Below the pieces are notes generated by a model, which made no database searches, was not told where the DNA came from, and was given only the letters and a program-made list of their open reading frames with translations. A stretch of DNA of 64,000 nt from Myxococcota bacterium. GTDB lineage: Bacteria; Myxococcota_A; UBA796; SXON01. Every line of letters begins with the position of its first letter. Within the stretch, counting starts at the first letter, position 1. Both the position numbers and the translations under genes were made by a program. The stretch covers positions 128,001-192,000 of the forward strand of contig JAZKFH010000013.1 in the NCBI GenBank assembly GCA_040386535.1, in the 5' to 3' direction. This document shows, piece after piece, positions 10,037 to 23,400 of this stretch.

Positions 10037-10219
10037 TCAGCTGCCCTTGCGCCCGTCCTTGGCGCCGCGCCGGTTGTCCCCGTCGTGATCACTCACGCGG
10101 TGCTGGCCCTGGCGAAGGTTCTCGTCGGTGTTGCCACCCATGCCGGAGCCCGGGTGCGTGGGGTTGTTGCCGGCGGGGTTGGCGGGCTTGGGAGAGTCGG
10201 GAGTCTTGGGATTGGACAT
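10037..10219 (-). CDS. small hydrophilic protein (60 aa)
   Basis: Strong SD (GGAGG-taacg-ATG). The stop lies 2 nt before the ku start. G/N/P/D/K-rich, low complexity. Confidence 0.65.
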   Translation of the reverse strand: MSNPKTPDSPKPANPAGNNPTHPGSGMGGNTDENLRQGQHRVSDHDGDNRRGAKDGRKGS

Positions 10220-10325
10220 CGTTACCTCCAGAGTCGAGGTAAGCCGCGTCGGTAGTGGGGAGGGCGTGGGCGCCGACGTTCCGAACAGTTGGTAACGGCC
10301 GGGAACAATCCGCTCGGCGCGTCGC

Positions 10326-10694
10326 TCACGGGAGGCGGTACGGGATCCGGACGCCTGGCTCGTCGGTCGCAAAGTCCTTCGTGTTTCGCGTCGCGAGCTC
10401 GCGGCGGTGGACCCGCGCCGTGGCGAAGATGATCGCATCCGGCGGCTTCATTCGCCGAGCGCGCCGGAGTCGCACCGCTTCCTCGGCGACCGACGCGTCC
10501 ACCGGCAGGATCTCGAAGGTCGCCAGGAATGCCCGCACCACGAGCTCCTCGTCCGGGGACGCGGCGCCGACCACGACCTCCATCCAGGTGATCATGCTGA
10601 TGGCGGCCCCGTCGGCACTGCGGATGTACTCGCGCGCGGACGCGTTCCCGGCGAGGTAGTCGATGAGGATGCAGGAATCGAGGACGAGGCTCAT
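10326..10694 (-). CDS. vapC: VapC-type PIN domain toxin
   Basis: LVLDSCILIDYL, ITWMEV, PDAIIFATA and TRNTKDF are PIN motifs. Confidence 0.88.
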   Translation of the reverse strand: MSLVLDSCILIDYLAGNASAREYIRSADGAAISMITWMEVVVGAASPDEELVVRAFLATFEILPVDASVAEEAVRLRRARRMKPPDAIIFATARVHRRELATRNTKDFATDEPGVRIPYRLP

Positions 10695-10921
10695 CGCTCG
10701 TCCCACTCCGAACGCAGGCGCTCCTGCTCGACGAGGCCGTCGGGCACCCGTCCTTTCCAGAGCCCGAAGGCGGCATCGACCGCACCCCGTCTCTCCTGTT
10801 CGTCGTCGAGGAGCTGAGCGACCGCGCGTCGAACTGCCTCGGCGCGGCTCACCCCGCGAGCGAGGCGCCAGGCGTCGAGCGCGGCAAGCTGGTCCGTGGG
10901 AAGGTCGATGATGGTACGCAT
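10691..10921 (-). CDS. ribbon-helix-helix antitoxin (CopG/VapB type)
   Basis: MRTIIDLP...GVSRAEAVRRAV and AFGLWK; 4-nt overlap with the PIN toxin. Confidence 0.85.
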   Translation of the reverse strand: MRTIIDLPTDQLAALDAWRLARGVSRAEAVRRAVAQLLDDEQERRGAVDAAFGLWKGRVPDGLVEQERLRSEWDER

Positions 10922-10983
10922 CCCGTCATCATAGGGCGTCATCACCCCTCGGGCAAGTGACCGGCGTACGGGTCGAGGAGGGG

Positions 10984-11056
10984 TAGGCCCGGCTGGATTT
11001 GAACCAGCGACCAGGTGGATATAAGCCACCTGCTCTGACCGCTGAGCTACGGGCCC
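10984..11056 (-). tRNA. tRNA-Ile with TAT (UAU) anticodon; CCA not encoded
   Basis: GGGCCCG TA GCTC AGCGGTCA GAGC A GGTGG CTTATAT CCACC TGGTC GCTGG TTCAAAT CCAGC CGGGCCT A forms a complete cloverleaf. Anticodon TAT is at 11023-11021 and the discriminator is A. Confidence 0.92.
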
Positions 11057-11133
11057 CCGCCGTCGGATAACTCGCCACGCTTTCGGTTGCGCGTTGCGTT
11101 GGGCGCTCCCGCCCCCTGTGCAAGCGGCGGCCG

Positions 11134-11521
11134 GAGGCCAGCGGCGCGCCCCCCTATCGCTCCCCACAAAGACGCGGAACGACTGCCGACAGCGGCCAAA
11201 GGCCGCCGTCGGCAGTCGAGCGCTTCCCCGACGTTCCCCGGCGCGGAGCCGCCGGGGAATGTCGGGAAGCACGGACATAAACGACGCTGGACCCGCGGCC
11301 AGAGGCCGCCGGTCCAGTGTCATTTATGTCTCAAAGGCCGCGGCGCGCCACCCTACCGCTCGCACCAAGACCCGGAACGACTGCCGACAGCGGCCAAAGG
11401 CCGCCGTCGGCAGTCGAGCGCTTCCCCGACGTTCCCCGGCGCGGAGCCGCCGGGGAATGTCGGGAAGCACGGACATAAACGACGCTGGACCCGCGGCCAG
11501 AGGCCGCCGGTCCAGTGTCGT

Positions 11522-11530
<9 letters not shown>
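11134..11530. repeat. two tandem ~198-bp units, each containing three long hairpins
   Basis: 11169-11332 and 11367-11530 are nearly identical (offset 198); the first ~35 bp of each unit are more diverged. Confidence 0.9.
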
Positions 11531-13252
<1,722 letters not shown>

Positions 13253-13277
13253 CTTGTGGGTCCGATCCGCGAGGGAT

Positions 13278-15122
13278 TTAGGGGGGTGTCGAGGCCGACC
13301 CGCGCGAAGCGCGGGTCGCAACGACCGACTTCAAGAGTCTCTGTCGAGCGTAGAGACCAAAGATCTCTTTCTGAAGTGAGACGTAACTTGACTTGTCTCC
13401 GCTCGTCTCGCAAGCAGCTATCTTCGCGTTGATGGTGAGGATCTCGGACTCGACGCGGCCGAGTTCGAGCCTCGCGACGAGCGATTTCGCCGCGGATTGG
13501 GCCTGTTCTTCCAGGTATTCAGCCGGGCGGGCTGCGATGGCGCGGAGGGCGCGCGCCAGATCCGCGTCCCGACCCACATCGGCCACCTCGGCCAGAGGCG
13601 CGCCACTCGCGAGCGCGACGATGGCCTCTAGCACGCTCCTCCGGTCGGTGAGCACCGTGGGATCCGCCTCGGCCAGCACCGGCGCGACCTGAACCGGAAA
13701 GTGGATGAGGAGCCACAACAGGTGCGACAGCTCCCGCGTGGGGACCCACCGGGCGGGCGGGGCGGACGAGGGCGGGGGGCCGGTGTGCGCGTGCGTGTCG
13801 TCCACGCGGCCCACCTTCTCGATGAGCTCGTTGGGGCGGATGCCGAGGACGTCCGCGGCCTTGGCGAGCATCTGATCGCGCACGTTCCGCGGCAATCGGC
13901 GAAGGAGGGGGATCACGGCGGCTTCGGCGCGCGCCCGACCTTCGGAGGAGTGCCCCTCCTTCTTGATGGTGCGGTCGAACACGAGGTCGAGCAGCGGCTG
14001 GGCGGCCGCGAGGCGACCTTCGAAGGCGTCGGCCCCGAACTGCTGGACGAACTCGTCGGGGTCCTTCGCCGGCTTCAGGTCGAGCCGCTTGGCCTCCACG
14101 TTCGCCTCGAGGAACAGCTCCATGGACTTCGTGGCGGCTTTGAGGCCCGCCTCGTCGCCGTCGAAGAGCGCGACCACCTTTCGGGTGAGCCGCGAGATGA
14201 CCTCGAGGTGGGCGGGCGTCAAGGCGGTGCCGCAGGTCGCCATGACCTCCTCGAAGCCCGCCTGCCACAACGACACCGCGTCGAAGTAGCCCTCGACCAC
14301 GAGGACGCGATCCTTGCGTTGCACCGCCATCCGCGACCAAGACAACCCGTACAACGTGCGGGACTTGTTGTAGATCTCCGACTCGGAGCTGTTGAGGTAC
14401 TTCGGACCGTCGGCCTTGGGGGCCTCGGAGCCCGGTGCCGTGGGCGCGCCGGGCAGGATGCGCCCGCCGAACGCGACGACGCGCCCGCGATCATCGAGGA
14501 TGGGGAACATCAGGCGGTTGCGGAACACGTCGTAGACTCGGTCCGAGCCCTCGCGCTGTCCGACCACCCGCGCGCCCTTCGCCATCTGCATCGGGATGCG
14601 CTTGCGCTGGAGGTGGCCGGTCAGGCGGTCCCACGCGTCGGGCGCGAACCCGAGGCGGTACTTCTGGGCGGTCTCCAGCGTGATGCCGCGCTTCTGGAGG
14701 TAGTCGCGGCCGGGCGCGCCTTCGGGGGCCGTAAACAGGGTGTTGGAGAAGAACCGCGCGGACTCCTCGGTCACGTCGTAGAGATCAGCGCGGTGCTCGA
14801 GCCGCTGGCGCTCCTCGCGGGAGAGCTCCTTCTCCTCGACCACCACGCCCGCGGCGTCGCCCAGCTCCTTGACCGCCTCGAAGAAGCTGACCCCGCGCGT
14901 CTTCATCAGGAACGCGAACGCGTCGCCGCCCTCCCCACAGCCGAAGCAGTGGAAGATCCCCTTGTCCGGCACGACGTTGAACGAGGGCGACTTCTCGTTG
15001 TGGAAGGGGCAGAGCCCGCTGTAGCTGCGCCCGGCGCGCCGGAGCGTCACGGTGCGGCCGACGAGCTCGGCGATGTCGGTGCGGGCGCGCACTTCGTCGA
15101 CGATGTGGCGGGGAATGGCCAT
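13278..15122 (-). CDS. dnaG: DNA primase
   Basis: [11 protein letters not shown] and CFGC zinc finger, FGGR, KYLNS, VEGYFD, FDGDEAG and KDPD. Confidence 0.95.
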   Translation of the reverse strand: MAIPRHIVDEVRARTDIAELVGRTVTLRRAGRSYSGLCPFHNEKSPSFNVVPDKGIFHCFGCGEGGDAFAFLMKTRGVSFFEAVKELGDAAGVVVEEKELSREERQRLEHRADLYDVTEESARFFSNTLFTAPEGAPGRDYLQKRGITLETAQKYRLGFAPDAWDRLTGHLQRKRIPMQMAKGARVVGQREGSDRVYDVFRNRLMFPILDDRGRVVAFGGRILPGAPTAPGSEAPKADGPKYLNSSESEIYNKSRTLYGLSWSRMAVQRKDRVLVVEGYFDAVSLWQAGFEEVMATCGTALTPAHLEVISRLTRKVVALFDGDEAGLKAATKSMELFLEANVEAKRLDLKPAKDPDEFVQQFGADAFEGRLAAAQPLLDLVFDRTIKKEGHSSEGRARAEAAVIPLLRRLPRNVRDQMLAKAADVLGIRPNELIEKVGRVDDTHAHTGPPPSSAPPARWVPTRELSHLLWLLIHFPVQVAPVLAEADPTVLTDRRSVLEAIVALASGAPLAEVADVGRDADLARALRAIAARPAEYLEEQAQSAAKSLVARLELGRVESEILTINAKIAACETSGDKSSYVSLQKEIFGLYARQRLLKSVVATRASRGSASTPP

Positions 15123-15265
15123 GGAGCGGGAGCCTGAGCGGGAGGGGGGGCGTTGCGGGGGGCCCGCCCCCCGCCCCAAGAGCGAGTGAGTGAGCCGACC
15201 CGCGATTGTGGAGGTGGGAGACGCGGTGAGAGAGGGCCCCGGGCGAGCGAACACCCGGACGAGCC

Positions 15266-15973
15266 CTAGTAGTACTTCTCGACGTGGATATGCTTCCGCT
15301 CCAGACCGCGGCCCTTGAGCAGATCCCGTGTCTCCTCGATCATCGCGCCGTTGCCACACAGATAGAAGTGCTCGGTGGGCGTGGGGAAGTCGGCGGAGAG
15401 CGCGTAGGTGACGCGGCCGGTGAAGCCGGTCCACGCGGCGGACGGGCGCGAGAGGCAGACCCGGTACGAGAAGTCGGGGAGGAGGCGCGTGTAGCGCTCG
15501 AGATCGTCGAGCGCGAACAGATCCTCCTCGTCCCGCACGCCGAAGTACAGGCGGAAGCTCCGCGGATCCTGCGCGGTCACGGCCACCTCCAGCATGCTCC
15601 GGAAGGGGGCGAGCCCGGTAGCAGTGGCGACGAAGATGACGGGATCGTGCTCGGGCTTGACCGAGAAGATCCCGAACGGCCCGCGGATGGCGAAGGTGTC
15701 CCCCACCTTGGAGCCGCGCAGGTACTCGCTGGCCGCGCCGCCCTCGAAGAGCTTGATGCAGAGCTCGAGGTAGGAAGGGTCCTCTGGGCTCGACCACACG
15801 CTGTAGGAGCGCTCGCCGCGCGGTTTTGCGTCGGGCACGGTGAGGTTGACGAACTGCCCCGCGGTGAACGGGAGCGGTTGGTCGAGCTGGAGGCGGTAGA
15901 TGTACGTGTCGCGCGCCACGAGATCGGCGGCGGTCAGGACGGCGACACGGGGTTCGGAGCGCCTGATTTCCAT
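15266..15973 (-). CDS. FAD/NAD(P)-binding oxidoreductase (ferredoxin reductase-like)
   Basis: AGQFV, RSYS, GAASEYL, GPFG, ATATGLAPF and YLCG motifs. Confidence 0.85.
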   Translation of the reverse strand: MEIRRSEPRVAVLTAADLVARDTYIYRLQLDQPLPFTAGQFVNLTVPDAKPRGERSYSVWSSPEDPSYLELCIKLFEGGAASEYLRGSKVGDTFAIRGPFGIFSVKPEHDPVIFVATATGLAPFRSMLEVAVTAQDPRSFRLYFGVRDEEDLFALDDLERYTRLLPDFSYRVCLSRPSAAWTGFTGRVTYALSADFPTPTEHFYLCGNGAMIEETRDLLKGRGLERKHIHVEKYY

Positions 15974-16030
15974 GCGCTCCCGTAACGCGCGCCGTCCGGA
16001 AGGAGCTACTGCGGGCGGAGCTACTCCGCG

Positions 16031-17320
16031 CTAGCCGGCCGCGCGGGGAGCGGCGGCGGGGCGCCCCTCGCTCGCGCGCTGCACGTGGGCCCCGATGGCG
16101 CCGAGCTTCTCTTCGAGCCGCTCGTAGCCGCGATCGAGGTGGTACAGCCGCAGCACCTCGGTGGTGCCGCGCGCCGCGAGCCCGGCCAGCACGAGCGAGG
16201 CGGAGGCGCGCAGATCGGTCGCCATGACGGTGGCGCCGGAGAGGTGCTCGACGCCGTGGACGGTGGCGAGGTTGCCGTCGATGTCGATGCGCGCGCCGAG
16301 GCGGAGGAGCTCCGCCGCGTGCATGAACCGATTCTCGAAGATGGTCTCGCGCAGGCGGGAGCTGCCCTCGGCGAGCGAGAGAAGCGCCATGAACTGGGCC
16401 TGCATGTCCGTCGGGAAGCCGGGATGCGGGCGGGTCTCCAGATCGATGGCGCGGATCGGGCCGTTGCGCCAGGTGCGCACCCAGCCTTCCCCGCGCTCGA
16501 CACCACACCCCGCGGCTTCGAGCGCGGCGAGTACGGGCGCGAGATCGTCGGCGTTCGCGCCCTCACACCGCACGTCTCCGCCCGTGATGGCGCCGGCGAC
16601 GAGGTACGTGCCGGCCTCGATGCGGTCGGGCAGGATGGAGTAGGGCTTGGCGGCGGGCACGAGCGACGTGACGCCCTGGATGACGATGCGCGAGGTGCCG
16701 GCACCCTCGATCTTCGCGCCCATGCCCTTGAGGAAGTTGGCGAGATCCTCGACCTCCGGCTCGGCGGCGGCGTTGTCGAGGATGGTCTCGCCCTCGGCGA
16801 GCACGGCGGCCATCAGGACGTTCTCCGTGCCGGTCACGGTCGCCACGTCGAACGTGATGTGCGCGCCGCGCAGGCGATCGACGCGGCCGTGGACGTAGCC
16901 GCCCTCGAGCTCGAAGGTGCAGCCGAGCGCCTCGAGGCCCTTGAGGTGCTGGTCGATGGGGCGCATGCCGATGGCGCAGCCGCCCGGCAACGACACGTGC
17001 GCTTCACCACAACGCGCCAGCAGCGGGCCGAGCGCGAGCACCGACGCGCGCATCTTGCGCACCAGATCGTAGGGCGCCTCGCAAAAGGTGACGCGGGAGG
17101 TGTCGATGCGGTTGACCGTGCCGACCAGCGACGGACACCCGATGCGCCCCAGGAGGGAGAGCATGGACGACACGTCCACGAGGTCGGGCACGTTGGCGAG
17201 GCGGTGCTCGCCCGGCGCGACCAGCGTGGCGATGAGGATGGGAAGCGCGGCGTTCTTGGCGCCGGAGACGGGCACGGTGCCGTGGAGGGCGTGACCGCCT
17301 GAGATGACGAGCTTGTCCAT
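16031..17320 (-). CDS. murA: UDP-N-acetylglucosamine 1-carboxyvinyltransferase
   Basis: [38 protein letters not shown] and HLDRGYE. Confidence 0.96.
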   Translation of the reverse strand: MDKLVISGGHALHGTVPVSGAKNAALPILIATLVAPGEHRLANVPDLVDVSSMLSLLGRIGCPSLVGTVNRIDTSRVTFCEAPYDLVRKMRASVLALGPLLARCGEAHVSLPGGCAIGMRPIDQHLKGLEALGCTFELEGGYVHGRVDRLRGAHITFDVATVTGTENVLMAAVLAEGETILDNAAAEPEVEDLANFLKGMGAKIEGAGTSRIVIQGVTSLVPAAKPYSILPDRIEAGTYLVAGAITGGDVRCEGANADDLAPVLAALEAAGCGVERGEGWVRTWRNGPIRAIDLETRPHPGFPTDMQAQFMALLSLAEGSSRLRETIFENRFMHAAELLRLGARIDIDGNLATVHGVEHLSGATVMATDLRASASLVLAGLAARGTTEVLRLYHLDRGYERLEEKLGAIGAHVQRASEGRPAAAPRAAG

Positions 17321-17452
17321 GCGGGGAGACCGGGGAGGGAGGGGAGGGGATGTGCGGAGGGCGCCTGTTTATACGCCTCGCGTCTCCGAATCCAGTGCAG
17401 GAACCGTGCCGAGGGCCGACGAGGGTGGCCCCGCCTGCGCTACGATGCGGCC

Positions 17453-20400
17453 GTGGCCCTCCACACCCCTCGATCCTCCCTCCGCGGCGTGGACTTGCGC
17501 CACGTTCCCCTGGGAGAGGTGTCCCTCGTGGGCGCGGATCTGCGCCGCGCGGATCTACGAGGTGTGGATCTCGTGCGACGAGATCTGCGCGAGGCTGACC
17601 TTCGGGGGGCCGACCTGCGCGGCGCCCGGCTCGCCTCCGCGGACCTGCGGGACGCCGAGCTCGACGGCGCGTTGTTGGACGGCGCCGACGCGACCGACGC
17701 CGATCTCCGCCGCACGCGCGGCTTCGGGATCTCGGCGGTGGGCCTGCGCGCGGAGGGTGCGCGGCTGGACGGTGGGGAGTGGCGCGAGGCCTCGTTGGAG
17801 GGGGCGCGGCTCACGGGCGTACGAGCGGCGGGGCTGCGGCTGGATCGCGCCCGGCTCGCAGGAGCCTCGTTCGTGGGGGCGTCGCTGCCGCGGGCGGTGC
17901 TCGACGACACGGATCTCGACGGCGCGGACTTCGGCGGGGCCCGCCTCGTCGACGTGGCCTTCGCCGGCGCCCGCGGCCGGCCGTTGCTGCTCGACGCCGA
18001 TCTGCGGGGGGCGGACCTGCGGCGGGTGGCGCTCGACGCCTGGCTGCCCGAGCGCATCGTGCTCGTGGGGGCGCGGCTCCGCCTCGCCGACGCGCGCTCT
18101 CAACGGGAGCGCCTTGCGTCGCTCGGCTGGCTCCCCTCCCGGACGACACGGGTGCGCCTGCTGGCGGGCGATGCCCTTCGCGGCGTCGACGGCCCGGCGC
18201 GGGCGCTCCGAAAGTGGGCGGGCGAAGCCTGGGCGCGGCGGCTGGCGGATCAGGCGGCGGAGATCGAGGAGGAGCGGCGGGCGACCGAGGCCGGCGAGGC
18301 GAAGGCGGCGGCCCGCAAGGCGCCGCGTCGGCGCGCGGTCGAGCGCGTGGTGGCGGAGGGGCCGGCGCCGGCCGAGCGCGAAGCGGGGTCCGACGCGGCG
18401 GCACGACTGGCCCAGCAGCTCGGCGCGCGGGCCCGCGAGGTCACCGCGCTCGGCCGGGTGATCTTCGGGGGGCCGGGTGGGCAGGTGCTCCCGGCGGCCG
18501 AGGACGGGCTCGACTTCCAGGTCGAGGCCGCCAGCCGCGACAGAGTCCTCCACGGCGCCGACGCGACGCGGGATGACGGGGCGCGCCTCGCCGCGATGCG
18601 CGAGCGCGTGGCGACACGGCGAGCGGCGGAGCGGCGGGCAGCACGGGTGCGCAAGGAGGCGGGCGTGGCACCCGCGGCTGATGCCCCGGACGTGCTCCGC
18701 GACGCCGCGCTCGCCGCGCGGGAGGCCGCGGTGGTGGCCCGGCGGTCCCGCGAGGCCGACGGCGCGCGGGCGGCGGCCGAGGCGTGGGTAAACGTCGACG
18801 GGGTCGAGCCCGTGTCTACCGGCCGGGTGTACGGCCCGGCCCAGGCCGCGCGCGTGGCGGCGCCGTGGCGGGTGGAGGACGCCGAGCACCCCGAGGCGCT
18901 CGAGGGCGGCGAGGCGGACGACGAGGGAAGCTCGCTCGGCACGCCGGCCGACCTGCCGTCGTCGAGCGCGTTCCAGGTGTCCTTCGCGACACCCGCGGTC
19001 GAGGCCGCGCGGGCGGCGGCGGCCGCGGTCACGCGGCAGGCCGTGAAGGCGGAGGCCACCCGACAGGCGGTCGAGGCCGAGGCCGCCGCGTGGATCTCCG
19101 TGGACGCCGGCACCGACGAAGTGCCCGTCCCGGACCGTCGCTCGGTCTACGACACGGCGGTGGAGGCGCCTTGGCTCGGCGCGGCGGACGCGGCGGCCGC
19201 TCCTTCGGATCCGGCGCTCGACGCCCACGCGCCGCTGGAACTCGCGGAGCCCCCCGACGACCTCGAGCCTGACGAGGCCACCAACCTGTCGCTCGTCCCC
19301 GTCGCCGCCTCGGTGCGGGTCGAGGACATGGGCGCGCTGCGTCGCGCGCGGGAGGTCGCCGAGGCGGCAGCGGCGGCAGAGGCGGCGGCGGAAGCGGCGG
19401 TGGCCGTAGCCGCGGCGGCGGAAGCGGCGGAAGCGGCGGTGGCCGTAGCCGCGGCGGCGGAGGCCGAGGCCGAGGCCGAAGATGGGGACGATCTCCCGCT
19501 TCCCGTACCCCTGGAGTTCTCGCTTCCTCCGCCGCCCCCGCCCGCCGAGCCCGCACGTTCGGCGGCGGCGGTCGATGCCGCACGTCCGTTCTGGCGCGTG
19601 GTTGTGCCGGCGGTCATTCGGCCGGTCGGCCCGCTCCGCCGGGCGCTGCGTGGCGCCGGGGTGGCCTTCGCCCTGTTCATGTGGGTGGTCGGGCGCGCCG
19701 GCCGCTTCGCCGGCGAGCAGCTGCGGTGGGTCGCCCAGGTGGCGTGGCGCGTGTTCGTGGCCGGCTTCGCGCGCGGCCTGCCCGCCGCGTGGCGCGCGCT
19801 CGCCGAGGAGGCCAACGCGGGCGCCGACGTGCCGACCGCCGAGGAGTCCGTCGAGTTCCGCGTCGAGGCCGTGGCCCGGGAGCGCGCGCTCGCCCGGATC
19901 GGCCTGCGGGGGGCCCTGGTCGCGCGGCGGGCGGTGGCGCTCCGGCACGCCGGGCTCGCGCTGGAGCGGGCCGCGATCGTGCGGCGGGCCGCAGAGCCGA
20001 GCCCGGCGCTGGGGCGCCTCGCGGCGGCACAGGTGGCCGCGGCGCGCGCGCGTCGGGACGACACCACGCGGCGGGCCTTCGCCGAGGCCGAGGCCGCCCG
20101 CTGGTCAGAGACGGAGAGCAGCGCCGACGCGGCGCCCCGCGTGCTTGCGGCGCGGCTCTCCGCGGCGCGGCTGCGTCACGCCGAGGGGCAGCTTCACGCC
20201 GAGGCCGAGCGGCAGGAGAACGACGCGGCGAAGCGTCTGGCCGCGGCCGAGCGGCGCGCCCGCGAAGAGGCCGAGCGGCGTGCTCGCGACGAGGCCGACA
20301 GCCGCCTTCACGACGAGGCGGACGCCGCGGAGATCCCGCTCTCCCAGCCGGAGTCGACCGGCCGCCTGCTCGGGCCACGGCTCGCCGCCGCTCGCGCGCG

Positions 20401-23400
20401 ACGCGCCGAGGGGGCGGCGCGTGCGTCGGCGGCCGCGGCCGCGGCTCGGCAGGGCCAGGACGAGGCGGCGGACGCGCAACGCGCCTACGTGGAAGCCGCG
20501 GCCGCGCGTCGCGCGCTCCTCGCTGCGCGTGCGCGGGCCGTGGCGCCGCCCTCCCCCCCAAAGCCCTCCGTTGCACCGACACGAGGCCCCACGCGACTCC
20601 CACGCGCGGTGACCCCGGCCCGGCCCTCCCTCGCCGCTCGCGCCAGCACGATCGCGGCGTCCGCCCGCCGCGGGATCACCCGCCTGCGTGGCGCCGCCAA
20701 ACAGGCTCCCGTGGTGATCGGCCCCGGCGCGCTCCTTGCCGGACGTCGCCTCGACGAGCGCGATCTCGGCGGCGCGGATCTACGCGGCGCCGATCTGCGC
20801 GGCGCCTCCCTCGTCGGCACGAACCTGCGCGGCGCGCGCCTCGCCGGGGCCGACCTGCGCGACGCCGATCTCACGGACGCCGTGCTCGCGGGCGCGGACC
20901 TGACGGGAGCCCGGCTGGAAGGGGCCTGCCTGGACCAGGCGGTGCTCGACAACGCCGTGCTCGACGACGCGCGCCTGATGGGCGCCCGCATGGTGAGCAC
21001 GCGTGGCCTGGCGCCGGGCCAGCGCGCGGCGCTGGGCGCGCTCGGCGCGGACGTGGGCCTGGACGACGACGGGCGCTGGGTGCGCATCGGCTCGATGGCG
21101 GCGGCCGGATCGGTCGTGGCGGTGATGGCGCTCTACCTCGTGGTGCGGTTCGCGGGCACCACGCTCGATCGCGCGGCGCTGGAGCAGGCCGCGGCCGAGT
21201 CCCAGCGCCAGGGTGACCCGGGCGCGGCCGCGGAGCAGTTCGCCGCGCTCGCGGGGCAGACCGAGGACCAGGGCGCGCGGGTGTCCTACCTGCTGGAGGC
21301 GGCCGCGGCGGCGGAGGAGTCCGGCGACGTGGAGCAGGCGATGGATCTGCTGGACGAGGCCGCCATCGCCGCGGCGTCGACCGGTGCGGAGGCTCGGGTC
21401 CGGCTGCGTCGCGCGGCGACCTATCGGCGCGTCGAGCTGCCCGAGGCCGCCGCCACCGAGTACCGGTCCCTCCTCGACGAGCTCGACCTGACACCGAGCG
21501 AGCAGGCCGAGGCCCTCACGGGGCTCGCCCTCGTCCGCGACGACCTCGACGTGATCGGTGAAGAAGACCGGCTCCTCACCGCCGCGGCCACGGACATGGA
21601 GCGCGGCGCGCTCGCCTTGGCCCTGGCCGACGGGTGGGCGGCCGCAGGGCGGATGGACGCCGCCCGCGGCGTGCTCGAGCGGGCCCTCGATCGCATCGTG
21701 TCCATCGAGGACGCCGTGCCCGCGCGGCTCCGGCTCGCCCGGCTCTTCGCCGAGAGCGGCGACACCGACGGGGCCCTCCTCTTGTTCGAGGAGCTCCTGC
21801 TGCTCCCCGGCGACCTCGGCGGCGAGGCCCGCCTGGGGGCGTCCGAGCTCCGCGCCCGGCGGGGGGACGACGCCGAGGCCTTCGCCCTGCTCGACCCGCT
21901 CCTGGCCCGCGGAGACGACGATCTCGCCGCCCGCGCGCGGTTCGCCGCCGCGACCATCGCCGGCCGCTCCGGGGACACCCCGCGCGCCATCGCCTGGCTC
22001 GAGGAGATCCTGGTGATGGAGGACGTGGAGCCGCGCATGGCGGACGAGGGCCGCATTCTCCTGGCGCGCCTGCTCGTCCGCTCCGATCCCGAAGCCGCCG
22101 CGCGCCTCGTCGAGGCGAACCCGGCGCTGCGTGAGGAGCTCCTGCTCGGGCAGGCGCGGTCGCTTCGGGAGGCGGGAAAGCGCATGGACGCCCGCGCCTT
22201 GTGGGTCCAGGTCGCGGAGGACGTGAACGCGACCGAGGAGGCGCGGGTAGACGCGGAGCTCTCCCTCGCGGAGCTCCAGGTCGAGGAGGGCGACGCGGAG
22301 GGCGCGCTGCGCCGCTACGAGCGGGTGATGGGCGCGGCGGCGGCGACCGCGGTGCGCCAGCGGGTCGTTCTCGGGTTGTGCAACGCGCTCGTGCGCCTCG
22401 GGCGCCTTCAGGACGCGGAGGAGCAGTACGACGGCCTCCTGGCGTCGGGGCCCTCCCCGGAGGTCGCCGCGCAGGCGAACCTCGGCCTGGCGCGCACCGC
22501 CGAGCTGCGCGGGCAGTTCGAGAAGGCCACCGGCCGCTACATCGAGATCGGCCGGCAGGAGGGGCCGTGGGCTGTGGAGGCGCTGGATGGGCTGGGCCAG
22601 CTCCGGGAGCGCTCCGGCGATCTCGCGGGCGCCGCGGAGGCATGGCGCCTGGCCCGGGGCCGCGCCCTTGGTGAGCCCGAGCGCCGCACGGCCATCGACA
22701 TCTCGCTCGCGCGGGTGCTGGACGCGATGGGCGATCCGGGGGCGGCCGCGGCCTACGCGATGCTGCTCGACGCGAACGACGCGACCGTGCGCGTGGCGGC
22801 GCGTATCGCCGTGGCCGAGGGGCTCGTCGGAAGTGATCCGGAGCGGGCGCGCGCCTACTACGAGGAGGCGGTGCAGGAGGCGGAGCCCGGCGAGGCGCGG
22901 GCCGCGGCGCGGGCAGGCTGGTTGCGGGCGACCGTGGCCCTCGGCGATGTCGAGGGCGGGCTGGCGCGCATCCGCGCGTGGCTCGAGACGGAGACCGACG
23001 CGGCCCTGCGTGGCGAGCTCGCCGTCGCGGCGACCCAGGCGCTCAGGAGCGAAGGCCGGCTGGAGGTCGCCGTCGAGATCGGCGAGACCTACGCCGCGGA
23101 CGGGGGATTCGAGCTCGGCATGCACCGCGCGGGCGCGCTGCGGGAGCTCGGGCGTGGCGCGGACGCCGCGACGGTGCTGCGCGCGCTGGTCGCCGCGTCA
23201 GCCGAGGACGAGGTGTGGCGCGTCGAGACGCTCGGCGAGGCCAGCATCGAGGCGGGGGACCTCGCGGCGGCGGCCACGGCCTACGATCGGCTCGAAAACC
23301 TTCCCGGCGGCACCGCCGCCGCGTCGTTCGGGCGCGCCCGGCTCGCGCGGGAGCGCGGTGAGTACGAGGCCGCCCTCGCGCTCCTCTCCGCCAGCGACGA

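Noticed and set aside
6891..10088. Very long antisense or alternate-frame ORFs (this one, 551..2797, 34185..36458, 45769..48519 and others)
   Set aside because: Shadow ORFs expected from high-GC codon bias; they lie opposite well-supported genes and carry no motifs.
13278..16508. 1076-aa ORF suggesting an N-terminally extended primase
   Set aside because: The upstream part is an alternate frame over murA and the oxidoreductase; DnaG motifs begin at ATG 15122.
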